This document shows positions 1-9,702 of a stretch of DNA of 32,000 nucleotides, one piece after another. The notes under the pieces were generated by a model. That model made no database searches, had not been told where the DNA came from, and worked only from the letters and a program-made list of their open reading frames with translations. The stretch spans positions 570,001 through 602,000 of the forward strand of contig NZ_CP010904.1 of the NCBI RefSeq assembly GCF_001017655.1. The letters are read 5' to 3'. Source of the stretch: Kiritimatiella glycovorans. GTDB lineage: Bacteria > Verrucomicrobiota > Kiritimatiellia > Kiritimatiellales > Kiritimatiellaceae. The number at the start of each line of letters is the position of its first letter. The stretch's first letter is position 1. The translations under genes were made by a program, and so were the position numbers.

Positions 1-201
1 CCCATCGAAGTGACCCTGCCGTTTTTCGTGGACATGAAGATCGAGGAGACCGAGCCGGGCGCGCGCGGAGATACCGCGACCAACGTCACCAAGGACGCCA
101 CCGTCGAGGGCGGACACGTGATCCAGGTCCCGATCTTCGTCAATGAGGGCGATACCGTCCGGATCGATACCCGGACCGGGGGGTATGTCTCGCGCGTCTG
201 A
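1..201 (+). CDS. efp: Elongation factor P, C-terminal fragment (5' end lies outside the window)
   Basis: The frame is open from nt 1. The translation ...[47 protein letters not shown] matches the conserved EF-P C-terminal OB domain (GD.V.IDTRTG.Y..R). The EF-P-modifying ligase gene is immediately downstream. Confidence 0.85.
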   Translation, partial: PIEVTLPFFVDMKIEETEPGARGDTATNVTKDATVEGGHVIQVPIFVNEGDTVRIDTRTGGYVSRV

Positions 202-349
202 GGCCACGAAGGGGGTGCTGAAGAGAGGTAAGATGGCCACAAAGTGGCACGGGAAGTGTAGAAGAGGGGGAGGCTGAGATGAGGGGCCATAAAGAGGCAC
301 AAGGACAGAGAAAAGTTTGCTCCCCCTTCTGTGTACCTTGTGCCCTTTT

Positions 350-1273
350 GTGGCGGTTGTGAGTGATTTATCGGCACATGAACGAATCCGCCGTCGCGGT
401 GCGCTCCTGAGCGCGGTCCGCGATTTTCTGCGCGGCGGCGGATACATGGAGGTCGAGACGCCGGTGCGTGTCCGCGCGCCGTGTCCGGAGGAGCACATCG
501 ACGCGGTTCGCTGCGAGGGCGGCTGGCTGCGCACCTCGCCCGAGCTTCATATGAAACGCATGCTGTGCGCGGGTGCGGAGCGCATCTATGCGGCGGGTCC
601 CTGTTTCCGCCGCGGCGAACACGGGCGGCTGCATCGCGAGGAGTATACGATGCTCGAGTGGTACCGCGTCGGGGCCGGGTGTCGGGATATGATCGGCGAG
701 ACGCGCCGCCTGGTCGAGGCCTGCGCCGGAGCGTTGGGGGTTCCGGCCCCCCGGCCGTGGAGCGAGTGGAGCGTGGCGGAGGCATTCAGGCGGCATGCGG
801 GGTGGGATCCGGTGGCCGCATTCGAGCCCGACCGGTTTGACTTCGATCTCACCGACAGGGTTGAGCCGGCGATCAAAAAACACGGCGGGGCGGTGCTGCT
901 GTACGGCTATCCCGCCGGGCGGGCCGCGCTGGCGCGGCTCGATCCCGGCCCCCCGCGCGTCGCGGAGCGATGGGAACTCTATATTGAGGGACTGGAGATC
1001 GCCAACGCCTACTCGGAATTGACCGACCCCGTCGAGCAACGCGGGAGATTCGAGGCCTGCAACGCGGACCGCGCGCGGCGCGGGCGCGACGTCTATCCGG
1101 TCGATGAGGCCTTCCTGGAGGCCATGGAGGCAGGGCTGCCCGAATGCGCCGGAATCGCGCTGGGGATCGACCGGCTGCTGATGGCGCTCACGGGAGCGCA
1201 GCGCATCGACGACGTCCTGCCGTTTCCGGAGGGGCAGGGTAGAGGATGCGGAATGAAAAGCGTGCAGGATTGA
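350..1273 (+). CDS. epmA: EF-P (R)-beta-lysine ligase EpmA/GenX (truncated class II LysRS paralogue)
   Basis: Class II aaRS motifs are present: YMEVETP, TSPELHMKR, CFRRGEHGRLHREEYTMLEWY, ELANAYSELTDP and GIALGIDRLLMAL. These are collinear with E. coli EpmA as I recall it. The start is uncertain: the track begins at TTG 317, and I prefer in-frame GTG 350 or 359. The stop at 1273 is firm. Confidence 0.8.
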   Translation: MAVVSDLSAHERIRRRGALLSAVRDFLRGGGYMEVETPVRVRAPCPEEHIDAVRCEGGWLRTSPELHMKRMLCAGAERIYAAGPCFRRGEHGRLHREEYTMLEWYRVGAGCRDMIGETRRLVEACAGALGVPAPRPWSEWSVAEAFRRHAGWDPVAAFEPDRFDFDLTDRVEPAIKKHGGAVLLYGYPAGRAALARLDPGPPRVAERWELYIEGLEIANAYSELTDPVEQRGRFEACNADRARRGRDVYPVDEAFLEAMEAGLPECAGIALGIDRLLMALTGAQRIDDVLPFPEGQGRGCGMKSVQD

Positions 1274-1298
1274 TATCCGCCGCGAGAATGGGAAGGCC

Positions 1299-4200
1299 AT
1301 GAAGGTTAAAATGACGCATTCGGCGGATTTAATTCAGAATCCCGCTCCCGGCACGGCGCTGCGGCGCTTTCAGGGCGATGTGCTCGCCGTGGAACTGGAG
1401 GCCGGGGATGCGGGGTCGGGGGCGGCTTATCTGCGGACCAATCTCGGACGGGCTGCGGTGCGGCGCGCTGAACTGATCGCCGAGGTGCACGAGGACGCGC
1501 CGGTGCTCGCGCGCGACTGGCACGACCTGCGGATGCGCCCGCTGGGAGACGGGCGCTACCGGATCGACCTGCCGCTGGCCGAGACGGGCTGTTTCGAGGC
1601 CAAGGCCTTTTTCCTCCCCGAAGGCACGGACGATCCCCTTTGGCCGACGGGCGCGAATCTCGAACTCAAGGTCGAGTCCGCCGGGTACAGCGCCGCCAAT
1701 ACGCTCTATACGGCCTTCGTGCGCCAGTTCGGGCCGGCGAAGACCCGCTCCTCGCGGGAAAGGGCGCATCCCGACCCGATCCGTGCGCTCGACGCGAAGA
1801 ACTATACGGTGATCCCGCCCTCCGGCACGTTCCGGGACCTGATCGCGGAGCTGGATTTCATCATCGGGACCCTGGGATTCCGGATCGTTCAGCTTCTGCC
1901 CGTCCACCCGATTCCCACCACCTTCGCGCGTATGGGAAGATTCGGCAGCCCGTTCGCCGCCCTTGATTTCATGGACGTGAATCCCGCGCTGGCGGAGTTC
2001 GACCGCCGGGTGACCCCGCTGGGGCAGTTCCAGGAGCTGGCCGACGCGATCCATCGTCGCGGAGCGCGCCTGTTTCTCGACCTTCCCGTAAACCACACCG
2101 GCTGGGCATCCTCGCTCCAGGTGCACCATCCCGGCTGGTTCGCCCGCAAAGCCGACCTGAGTTTTCGCTCGCCGGGGGCCTGGGGCGTGACCTGGGCCGA
2201 TCTGTCCGAGCTGGATTATCGCCATCGTCCGCTGTGGCGCTACATGGCGGAGGTCTTTCTGTTCTGGTGCCGGCGGGGGGTCGACGGCTTCCGCTGCGAC
2301 GCGGGGTACATGGTCCCATTCGACGCGTGGGTCTATATCGTCGCACGGGTCCGCGCCGAGTATCCCGACACGCTCTTCCTCCTTGAAGGGCTGGGCGGCC
2401 CCGTGGAAGTGACGGAGGATCTGCTCGCGCACGCGGGCCTCGACTGGGCCTATTCCGAGCTCTTCCAGAATTACACCCGCGACCAGATCGAGGGGTATCT
2501 GCCGGAGGGGATCCGTGTCTCCACCACCCGCGGCACCCTGATCCACTTCGCGGAGACGCACGACAACGACCGCCTCGCCTCCCGCTCGCGGTCCTTCGCG
2601 CGGCTGCGTACCATGCTCACGGCCCTCTGTTCCGATGCCGGCGCCTTCGGTATCACCAATGGAGTCGAGTGGTTCGCCGACGAGAAGATCGACGTGCACG
2701 AGGCGAATGCGCTCGACTGGGGCCGTGAGGAGAACCAGGTGGAGCGGATCGCCCGGCTTACGTCCATACTCCGGCGGCACCCCGCCTTTTATCCCGGCGC
2801 CGAACTGCGGCTGATCGAACGCGGGGAGGGGGACGTACTGGCCCTGCGGCGCCGTTACGGGGAGCCCGACGCGCAGGTGCTGGTCGTCGCGCAGCTCGAC
2901 GAGGAGCAGGCGGGTCCCGTGCGGTGGGCGCGGGAGGAGTTCGATCACGCCGGAGGCCCGGTATACGATCTTATCAGCGGCGGGTCCGTCACGGTCGAAG
3001 AGGACGACGACGGCCTGATGCGCTGCGTGCTGCCCCCCGCGAGCGTCGCGTGCCTGACCACTCGCCGGGAGGATCTCGAACGGGTCGCCGACCGCGAGCC
3101 GGGTGCCGTCCCGGAGGCCGTGCGGCGCCGGAGAATGAAGGCCGCGGCGATGGAAACCCGCGCTCTGCTGCGCGGGTATGCCGACGCGGGAGAAACCGAT
3201 TACGACTCGCTGGCGGCCTCTCTCGCCGAAGACCCCGTGCACTTCTGTGCCGAAGCGGCGGGAACGGAGTACGCGCCCGTGCGCCTGTGGCGCTGGCCGG
3301 AGGACGCGCGGCGAACGATCCTGCTTCCGGACGCGCACCTGCTCCTCTGCCGGGCTAAGGCGCCGTTCCGTGTAGAACTGGTCGGTGCGGGCGGCGGTAC
3401 GCTCAGCTGCAGGGATGCGCTCCCCGATGCGCAGGGCGCGTATTTCGTGCTGCTCGCGCCGCCGCCGAAAGTGACGGAGCTGACGCCCCGGAAGCTGAAC
3501 CTCACGCTTCACGCGCCGGACGCCACGGAGCGGGGCGGCACCGACCTGCTTCAGCTTCCGGCGGACGATCCCGGGGTGCGCCTGTGTTTCGATCGATCGG
3601 AAGTCGAAGAGCGCGGGCTCTACGCCGTCACGGCCAACCGTCGTGCCGCCGCGGCGCAGGTGCGGGGCGACGCGGGGGCGGTCGCCAGCCAGTACGACGC
3701 GGTGCTCGCCGCCAATCCGCATCCCGCCGCGCCCGCCGACCGGAGGATCATGCTCACCCGTTTCCGCGCCTGGATCCGCCGCCGCGGCTATTCGCAGGCC
3801 ATCCAGCTGCCCTGTCTGCTGGAATTCGGAATCGACGAACGGCGTGAGCCCCGCTGGAGATTCGAGGTGCCTGTGGGCCGCGGGCGAAGGGTGTGGCTCG
3901 ACTTTGTGCTCGCCCTCGACCGCGCGGCGAACCGCGTGCGTCTGAGCCTGACCCGGCTGGAAGGCGGCGACGGGCCGGACGCGCTGGACGACCGCGAGGA
4001 GGTCAGCGTGATCCTGAGGCCTGACCTCGAGGACCGGGATCATCACACCGTCACCCGCGCATTCGAGGGGGCGGAGCAGGCGTGGCCCGCGGCCGTGGCG
4101 TCCGGGCCGGACGGGTTCGTGTTCGAACCCGCCGCCGGGCGGAGGCTTGAAGTTCGAGCGGGGCGGGGCGCCTTCATGCCGGAACCCGAGTGGACCTACA

Positions 4201-5582
4201 TGGTGGAACACCCCGTCGAGGCGTCGCGGGGACTCGCCGGCCATACCGACCTGTTCAGCCCCGGTTATTTCGAACTCGCGCTGGCCGGAGGCGCGTCCTC
4301 GACGATCGTGGCGGCCGTAAACGAAGAGGCGGCCGGGCCCGGAGTGCCGGCGGCGGAGTCCGGCGACGAAAAAATCCGGGCCGCGACCGGTCTGCGCGAG
4401 GCGGCCCGCGAGGCGATGCGGCTCTTTGTGGTCGATCGCGACTCGTCCCGCACCGTGATCGCCGGGTACCCCTGGTTCCTCGACTGGGGGCGGGATACGC
4501 TGATCTTCCTGCGCGGAATGATCGCCGCCGGCTGGACGGAGGAGGCGCTCGACATCCTCGCCCAATTCGCCCGTTTCGAGGAAAACGGGACCCTCCCGAA
4601 CATGATCCGCGGAGAGGACGTCTCCAACCGCGACACCTCCGACGCCCCGCTCTGGTTCCTGATCGCCTGCCGCGATCTCGCCGCGCGGATCGGGCTGGAG
4701 ACCGTGCGCCACCATCCGGCGGGACCCCGCACGCTCGGGGAGACGGCGCGCGACATCGCCCGGGGGTATCTCGAAGGCACGCCCGTCGGGGTGAAGGTCG
4801 AGGCGGACAGCGGGCTGGTGTTCAGCCCTGCGCATTTCACGTGGATGGACACCAATCACCCGGCCGGGTCGCCGCGCGAAGGGTACCCGATCGAGATCCA
4901 GGCGCTCTGGTATGCGGGGTTGCGCTGGCTCGCGCAGCTCGATCCCGGCGGCCGCTGGGAATCCCTGGCCGCTCGCGTGCGCTCGAGCGCCCAGCGGCTC
5001 TACCGCCGCGACTCGAGCCCGTTCTGCGCCGATACGCTGCACGCGCGGCCGGGCACGCCCGCCGCGCAGTCGAAGGCCGACGATGCCCTCCGGCCGAATC
5101 AGCTGTTCGCCGTGACGCTGGGATTATTCGAAGACCCGGCGTTCTGCCGTTCAATCCTGAGGGACTGCGAGGAGCTGGTCGTTCCCGGCGCGCTGCGCAG
5201 CCTCGCCGACCGCTCCGTTACCCGGCCGCTGGCGGTGGAGCACGACGGACGACTGCTGAACGACCCCCTGCGTCCGTACTGGGGGCGGTACGAGGGGGAT
5301 GAAGACACCCGCCGCAAACCCGCCTATCACAACGGCACGGCCTGGACCTGGCTTTACCCGATGTACGCCGAAGCGTTCGAGGCGGTCTGGGGACCGGAAG
5401 GACACGCCGCGGCCGCCTCGCTGCTCACGGCGCCGGTCTGGATTTTTGAACAGGGTTGCCTCGGGCAGCTCGCCGAGATCCTGGACGGCGATGCGCCCCA
5501 CGTCCTGCGCGGCTGCGGCGCACAGGCCTGGTCCGTTTCCGAGCTGTTCCGCGTCCTTGAGAGGATCGGGGAAAACCGTTAA
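1299..5582 (+). CDS. Large fusion protein: N-terminal GH13 alpha-amylase-family catalytic domain + C-terminal amylo-alpha-1,6-glucosidase (GDE_N_bis/GDE_C, GH133-like). Putative bifunctional glycogen debranching enzyme.
   Basis: GH13 conserved regions: DLPVNHTGW, GVDGFRCDAGYMVP, LLEGLGG, FAETHDNDR. The C-terminal half carries GDE_C-type motifs: GYPWFLDWGRDTLIFLRG, HFTWMDT, YPIEIQALWY, YHNGTAWTWLYP, AQAWSVSELFRV. It is a single uninterrupted 1427-codon ORF at the head of the glycogen operon. Confidence 0.8.
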   Translation: MKVKMTHSADLIQNPAPGTALRRFQGDVLAVELEAGDAGSGAAYLRTNLGRAAVRRAELIAEVHEDAPVLARDWHDLRMRPLGDGRYRIDLPLAETGCFEAKAFFLPEGTDDPLWPTGANLELKVESAGYSAANTLYTAFVRQFGPAKTRSSRERAHPDPIRALDAKNYTVIPPSGTFRDLIAELDFIIGTLGFRIVQLLPVHPIPTTFARMGRFGSPFAALDFMDVNPALAEFDRRVTPLGQFQELADAIHRRGARLFLDLPVNHTGWASSLQVHHPGWFARKADLSFRSPGAWGVTWADLSELDYRHRPLWRYMAEVFLFWCRRGVDGFRCDAGYMVPFDAWVYIVARVRAEYPDTLFLLEGLGGPVEVTEDLLAHAGLDWAYSELFQNYTRDQIEGYLPEGIRVSTTRGTLIHFAETHDNDRLASRSRSFARLRTMLTALCSDAGAFGITNGVEWFADEKIDVHEANALDWGREENQVERIARLTSILRRHPAFYPGAELRLIERGEGDVLALRRRYGEPDAQVLVVAQLDEEQAGPVRWAREEFDHAGGPVYDLISGGSVTVEEDDDGLMRCVLPPASVACLTTRREDLERVADREPGAVPEAVRRRRMKAAAMETRALLRGYADAGETDYDSLAASLAEDPVHFCAEAAGTEYAPVRLWRWPEDARRTILLPDAHLLLCRAKAPFRVELVGAGGGTLSCRDALPDAQGAYFVLLAPPPKVTELTPRKLNLTLHAPDATERGGTDLLQLPADDPGVRLCFDRSEVEERGLYAVTANRRAAAAQVRGDAGAVASQYDAVLAANPHPAAPADRRIMLTRFRAWIRRRGYSQAIQLPCLLEFGIDERREPRWRFEVPVGRGRRVWLDFVLALDRAANRVRLSLTRLEGGDGPDALDDREEVSVILRPDLEDRDHHTVTRAFEGAEQAWPAAVASGPDGFVFEPAAGRRLEVRAGRGAFMPEPEWTYMVEHPVEASRGLAGHTDLFSPGYFELALAGGASSTIVAAVNEEAAGPGVPAAESGDEKIRAATGLREAAREAMRLFVVDRDSSRTVIAGYPWFLDWGRDTLIFLRGMIAAGWTEEALDILAQFARFEENGTLPNMIRGEDVSNRDTSDAPLWFLIACRDLAARIGLETVRHHPAGPRTLGETARDIARGYLEGTPVGVKVEADSGLVFSPAHFTWMDTNHPAGSPREGYPIEIQALWYAGLRWLAQLDPGGRWESLAARVRSSAQRLYRRDSSPFCADTLHARPGTPAAQSKADDALRPNQLFAVTLGLFEDPAFCRSILRDCEELVVPGALRSLADRSVTRPLAVEHDGRLLNDPLRPYWGRYEGDEDTRRKPAYHNGTAWTWLYPMYAEAFEAVWGPEGHAAAASLLTAPVWIFEQGCLGQLAEILDGDAPHVLRGCGAQAWSVSELFRVLERIGENR

Positions 5583-5618
5583 TATACGGAAGCGCGTGCA
5601 GGGAACTGAAGGGAACTT

Positions 5619-8168
5619 ATGAACGGACTGCAACTTTTCAATGTGGCACCGGCGGTGCCGGAACCCGTGCGGTTTCTGGAGACGCTGACGCGCAATCTCT
5701 GGTGGTCGTGGCATCCCGACGCGCAGGAACTCTTCCGCCGCATCGACCCGCATCTCTGGCGTCAGACCGGTCACAATCCGCTGGCGTTTCTCAGCGGTGT
5801 CGACCAGCGCAGACTGGAGAAGCTGGCGGATGATGAAGGCTTCCTCGAGCATCAGCGTCAGGTGCGGGAGCGGTTCGAGCTGGAGGTCGAGTCTGTGCCC
5901 GCGGAAGAAGAGTCCTGCCGGTCCGTGGCCTATTTCTCGCTCGAATACGGCATCCACGAGAGCATGAAGATCTACTCCGGCGGGCTGGGTGTGCTGGCGG
6001 GGGATCATCTCAAGGCGGCCTCCGACATGCGGCTGCCGATGGTCGCCGTCGGCCTGCTCTACCGCCAGGGGTATTTTGAGCAGTATCTCAACAGCGAGGC
6101 CTGGCAGCAGGAGCATTATCCCGAGAACGAGGTTCAGCATCTCCCGGTTCAGAAGGTGTTCGACGAATCGGGGCATCAGATCGAGATCGAGCTGCCTCTG
6201 CCGGACGGCATGTTGCGGGCCGTGGTCTGGCGGCTCGAGGTCGGCCGCATCCCGGTGTATCTGCTCGATGCGAACCTTCCCGGTAATCCGCCGCCCTACC
6301 GCGAGGTTACCGCCCAGCTTTACGGCGGAGGACGCGAGACGCGCCTCCGCCAGGAGCTGCTCCTCGGCATCGGCGGGTACCGCGCGCTGCTCGCCGCCGG
6401 CTACCGTCCGCATGTGTGCCATATCAATGAAGGCCATGCCGCCTTTCTCAGTCTCGCCCGGCTCGCCCATCTGACCCGGGAAGAGCACCTGGAGCGCGAG
6501 GCGGCGATCGAGGTAGTGTCGCGCACCAATGTATTCACCACCCACACGCCGGTGCCCGCCGGTAACGAGGTGTTCAGGGTCGACCTGCTGCGCCCCCATC
6601 TCGAGGCGCTGGAGGAGCAGATCGGCATCCCGGCCGACGAGGTGATCGCGTGGGGATCCCCGCCGCATCAGCCGGAACCGGCGGAGCTGTCCATGACGAT
6701 CCTCGGCCTGCGGATGTCGCACTTCAACAACGGGGTCAGCGAGCTGCACGGGAGCGTGGCCCGGCGGATGTGGTCCTTTCTCTGGCCGAAGCTGCAGGAG
6801 GACGAAGTTCCCATTACGCACGTCACCAACGGGGTCCACATCCAGTCCTGGCTGGCGCCGGAGATGGCCCAGCTCTTCGACCGTTATCTGGGGCCGCAGT
6901 GGCGCTGGCATCCCGGCGATCCCGAGGTGCTTGCGCACATCGAGTATATTCCGGACGACGAACTCTGGCGCGCGCACGAAGTCATCCGTTCGCGGCTGAT
7001 ACGCACGGCCCGCGAGCGTATGACGCAGCAGTACCAGCGCCGCAACGCCACCCGGGCCGAACTCGCCCAGGCCCGGTCGGTGCTCGATCACGACGCCCTG
7101 ACCATCGGGTTCGCCCGGCGGTTTGCAACCTACAAGCGGGCCACGCTCCTGTTGCGCGATCCGGACCGGCTTCTCCGGCTGCTGGGCAATGATGAGCGCC
7201 CCGTGCAGCTGGTCTTCGCCGGCAAGGCGCATCCCGCCGACGAGGGCGGTAAGCGGCTGATCCGGGAACTCGTGGACTTCGCGCGGCGGGCCGAAATCCG
7301 GATGCGTATGATTTTTCTGGAGGACTACGACATGTACGTGGCCCGCAGGCTCGTGCAGGGGGTCGATGTCTGGCTCAACACGCCGCGACGTCCTCTCGAG
7401 GCCAGCGGGACCTCGGGCATGAAGGCGGCCGTCAACGGCGGGCTCAACGTGAGCACGCTCGACGGCTGGTGGTGCGAGGGATACGCGCGGGAGAACGGCT
7501 GGGCCATCGGGCGCGGCGTCGAATACGAGGACCTCGACTACCAGGACAGTGTCGAATCGCAGGCCCTCTACAACCTGCTCGAGGACGAGATCATTCCCGC
7601 CTTCTACGATCGGCCGCTGGGGGATCTCCCCGGAAACTGGGTGAAGATGATGAAGGCGTCGATCCACATGGTCCTGGGGCGATTCACCAGCCACCGCATG
7701 CTCGCCGAGTACCAGGACCGCTTCTACAGGCCCGGCTGCCGGGATTTCGAACGACTGACGGAGGAAGGTGCGCGGGGTGCGCGGACGCTGGTCGAACAGC
7801 GGCGGCGGTTTGAAGCACACTGGCACGAGGTGTCCGTGGAAGACCCGGTCGCCGACCGCAACATCGTGTCGGTGCACGTGGGCGACAGCTTCGCGGTGTC
7901 GACGCGGGTGAATCTGGGCTCGCTCGACCCTGAGGACGTCGATATCCAGCTCTATTTCGGGCCGGTGGACTCCCACAACCGGATGACGCGCAGCGAAGTG
8001 CGGTCGATGGAGCTGGAGGGCGGGGAGAGAGAGAACGCGCACCGTTACCGCCAGGAGGTGACCTGCCGCACCACCGGCCGGTTCGGGTTCACCGCCCGCG
8101 CCGTTCCGAAGGGCGACGAGTGGAGGAAGATCATGCCGGGATTCATCACCTGGGCGGGGGAGGGATGA
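5619..8168 (+). CDS. glgP: Alpha-glucan (glycogen/maltodextrin) phosphorylase, GT35, long DUF3417-type
   Basis: Motifs: AYFSLEYGIHESMKIYSGGLGVLAGDHLKAASD, FTTHTPVPAGNE, and the PLP-lysine region EASGTSGMKAAVNGGLNVSTLDGWW. A GAAGGGA Shine-Dalgarno-like sequence lies upstream of the ATG. Confidence 0.9.
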   Translation: MNGLQLFNVAPAVPEPVRFLETLTRNLWWSWHPDAQELFRRIDPHLWRQTGHNPLAFLSGVDQRRLEKLADDEGFLEHQRQVRERFELEVESVPAEEESCRSVAYFSLEYGIHESMKIYSGGLGVLAGDHLKAASDMRLPMVAVGLLYRQGYFEQYLNSEAWQQEHYPENEVQHLPVQKVFDESGHQIEIELPLPDGMLRAVVWRLEVGRIPVYLLDANLPGNPPPYREVTAQLYGGGRETRLRQELLLGIGGYRALLAAGYRPHVCHINEGHAAFLSLARLAHLTREEHLEREAAIEVVSRTNVFTTHTPVPAGNEVFRVDLLRPHLEALEEQIGIPADEVIAWGSPPHQPEPAELSMTILGLRMSHFNNGVSELHGSVARRMWSFLWPKLQEDEVPITHVTNGVHIQSWLAPEMAQLFDRYLGPQWRWHPGDPEVLAHIEYIPDDELWRAHEVIRSRLIRTARERMTQQYQRRNATRAELAQARSVLDHDALTIGFARRFATYKRATLLLRDPDRLLRLLGNDERPVQLVFAGKAHPADEGGKRLIRELVDFARRAEIRMRMIFLEDYDMYVARRLVQGVDVWLNTPRRPLEASGTSGMKAAVNGGLNVSTLDGWWCEGYARENGWAIGRGVEYEDLDYQDSVESQALYNLLEDEIIPAFYDRPLGDLPGNWVKMMKASIHMVLGRFTSHRMLAEYQDRFYRPGCRDFERLTEEGARGARTLVEQRRRFEAHWHEVSVEDPVADRNIVSVHVGDSFAVSTRVNLGSLDPEDVDIQLYFGPVDSHNRMTRSEVRSMELEGGERENAHRYRQEVTCRTTGRFGFTARAVPKGDEWRKIMPGFITWAGEG

Positions 8169-8175
8169 ACGCGCC

Positions 8176-9702
8176 ATGCCGATGAAACAGCTCAGGCGGC
8201 GCAAGAAGCCGCGCATCCTGATCATCACGCCGGAGATTACCTATCTCCCCGAAGGCATGGGAAACATGGCCAACCGCATGAGCGCCAAGGCCGGGGGAAT
8301 GGCGGACGTCTCGGCTTCGCTGATCGCCGCGCTGTTCAACAAGGGCGCCGACATCCACGTCTGCCTTCCCCATTACCGGCGCATGTTCAACGTCGAAGTC
8401 GGCCGGTTGATCGCCGAGGAACTGCGCGTATACAAAAGCAAGCTGCCGACCTCGCGGATCCATCTCGCCGAGGACCGGATTTTTTACTATCGCGAAAATG
8501 TGTACCGCGGGGCGGGCGACGACACCCGGGTCGCGCTGGCGTTCCAGCGCGAGGCGCTCAACAACATCATCTCGATGGTGAAACCCGACCTGATCCACTG
8601 CAACGACTGGATGACCGGTCTGATCCCGGGCGCTGCGCGCCGGCAGAACATCCCCTGCCTGTTCACCGTGCATAACATCCATACGCAGCGCATCACGCTC
8701 GCGCAGATCGAGGACGCGGGCATCGACGCCGCGGAGTTCTGGCCCAATCTCTTCTACACGGTTCCTCCCGGCTGTTACGAGGAGACCCGCGATACCGTTC
8801 CGGTCGACCTGCTCACGAGCGGGATCTTCGGCGCCCACTTCATCAATACCGTCAGTCCGACCTTTCTCTCCGAGGTGGTGGAGGGTCGGCATGATTTCGT
8901 GCCGGAAGCGGTGCGCTACGAGATGGCCTGCAAACGCGATGCGGGCTGCGCGGCGGGGATTCTCAACGCCCCCGACCCGGTGTATGACCCGGCCGCGGAT
9001 CCGATGATCGAGAAGCACTACGAAGCGCAGAGCCACGCCGAAGGCAAGCGGGAGAATAAGCTGCACTTCCAGGAGAAGGTCGGGCTCCACCGCGACAGCG
9101 GGGCCCCGCTCTTCTTCTGGCCCTCCCGGCTCGATCCCGTGCAGAAGGGCTGCCAGCTTCTGACGGATATCCTCTACGATACCGTCGCGGCCTATGCCCG
9201 GGAGGGTATGCAGATCGCCGTAGTGGCCAGCGGCGCCTACGAGCCGCACCTGCACGACATCGTCCGGTTCCACGATCTCTACGGGCGTGTGGCGGTGTGC
9301 GGGTTCGACGAAGCCCTCTCGCACCTCGGCTACGCCGCGTCCGATTTCATGCTGATCCCCTCGCTCTTCGAACCCTGCGGACTTCCGCAGATGATCAGTT
9401 CGATCTACGGGTCGCTCCCGATCGCCCACGACACCGGCGGGCTGCACGACACGGTCGTCCCGCTCGACGCGGGGGCCGGGACCGGCAACGGATTCCGCTT
9501 CGAGAACTACGATTCCGGCGGGTTGCGCTGGGCGATCGACTGTGCGATGGCGTTCTACCGGCTTCCGGAGGAGCAGCGCGCCGCCCAGGTTTCGCGCGTG
9601 ATGCGCGAGAGCGGCGAGCGCTTCACCCATGCCGCGGTCGCGCGGCGCTATATCGAAATCTACGAGAAGATGCTGCAGAGACCCCTGGTGGAGCAGTTTT
9701 GA
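8176..9702 (+). CDS. glgA: Glycogen/starch synthase (GT5-like)
   Basis: The N-terminal K-x-GG-x-ADV motif (SAKAGGMADV) follows ILIITPE. The C-terminal region reads SLFEPCGLPQMISSIYGSLPIAHDTGGLHDTV. It sits between glgP and glgB. Confidence 0.85.
   Translation: MPMKQLRRRKKPRILIITPEITYLPEGMGNMANRMSAKAGGMADVSASLIAALFNKGADIHVCLPHYRRMFNVEVGRLIAEELRVYKSKLPTSRIHLAEDRIFYYRENVYRGAGDDTRVALAFQREALNNIISMVKPDLIHCNDWMTGLIPGAARRQNIPCLFTVHNIHTQRITLAQIEDAGIDAAEFWPNLFYTVPPGCYEETRDTVPVDLLTSGIFGAHFINTVSPTFLSEVVEGRHDFVPEAVRYEMACKRDAGCAAGILNAPDPVYDPAADPMIEKHYEAQSHAEGKRENKLHFQEKVGLHRDSGAPLFFWPSRLDPVQKGCQLLTDILYDTVAAYAREGMQIAVVASGAYEPHLHDIVRFHDLYGRVAVCGFDEALSHLGYAASDFMLIPSLFEPCGLPQMISSIYGSLPIAHDTGGLHDTVVPLDAGAGTGNGFRFENYDSGGLRWAIDCAMAFYRLPEEQRAAQVSRVMRESGERFTHAAVARRYIEIYEKMLQRPLVEQF

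Noticed and set aside
261-354. H-type pseudoknot reading of the interleaved complementary blocks (A 261-272, B 286-304, A' 321-330, B' 336-354) in the efp-epmA spacer.
   Set aside because: The connecting loops are probably too short to span a 19-bp second stem. Alternative, mutually exclusive helices are more plausible. I reported them as such with low confidence.
9297-9701. Upstream extension of the glgB ORF (track start 9297).
   Set aside because: It overlaps the conserved C-terminus of glgA in another frame and translates to R/A/P-rich sequence. Homology to branching enzymes begins after ATG 9702, which overlaps the glgA stop.
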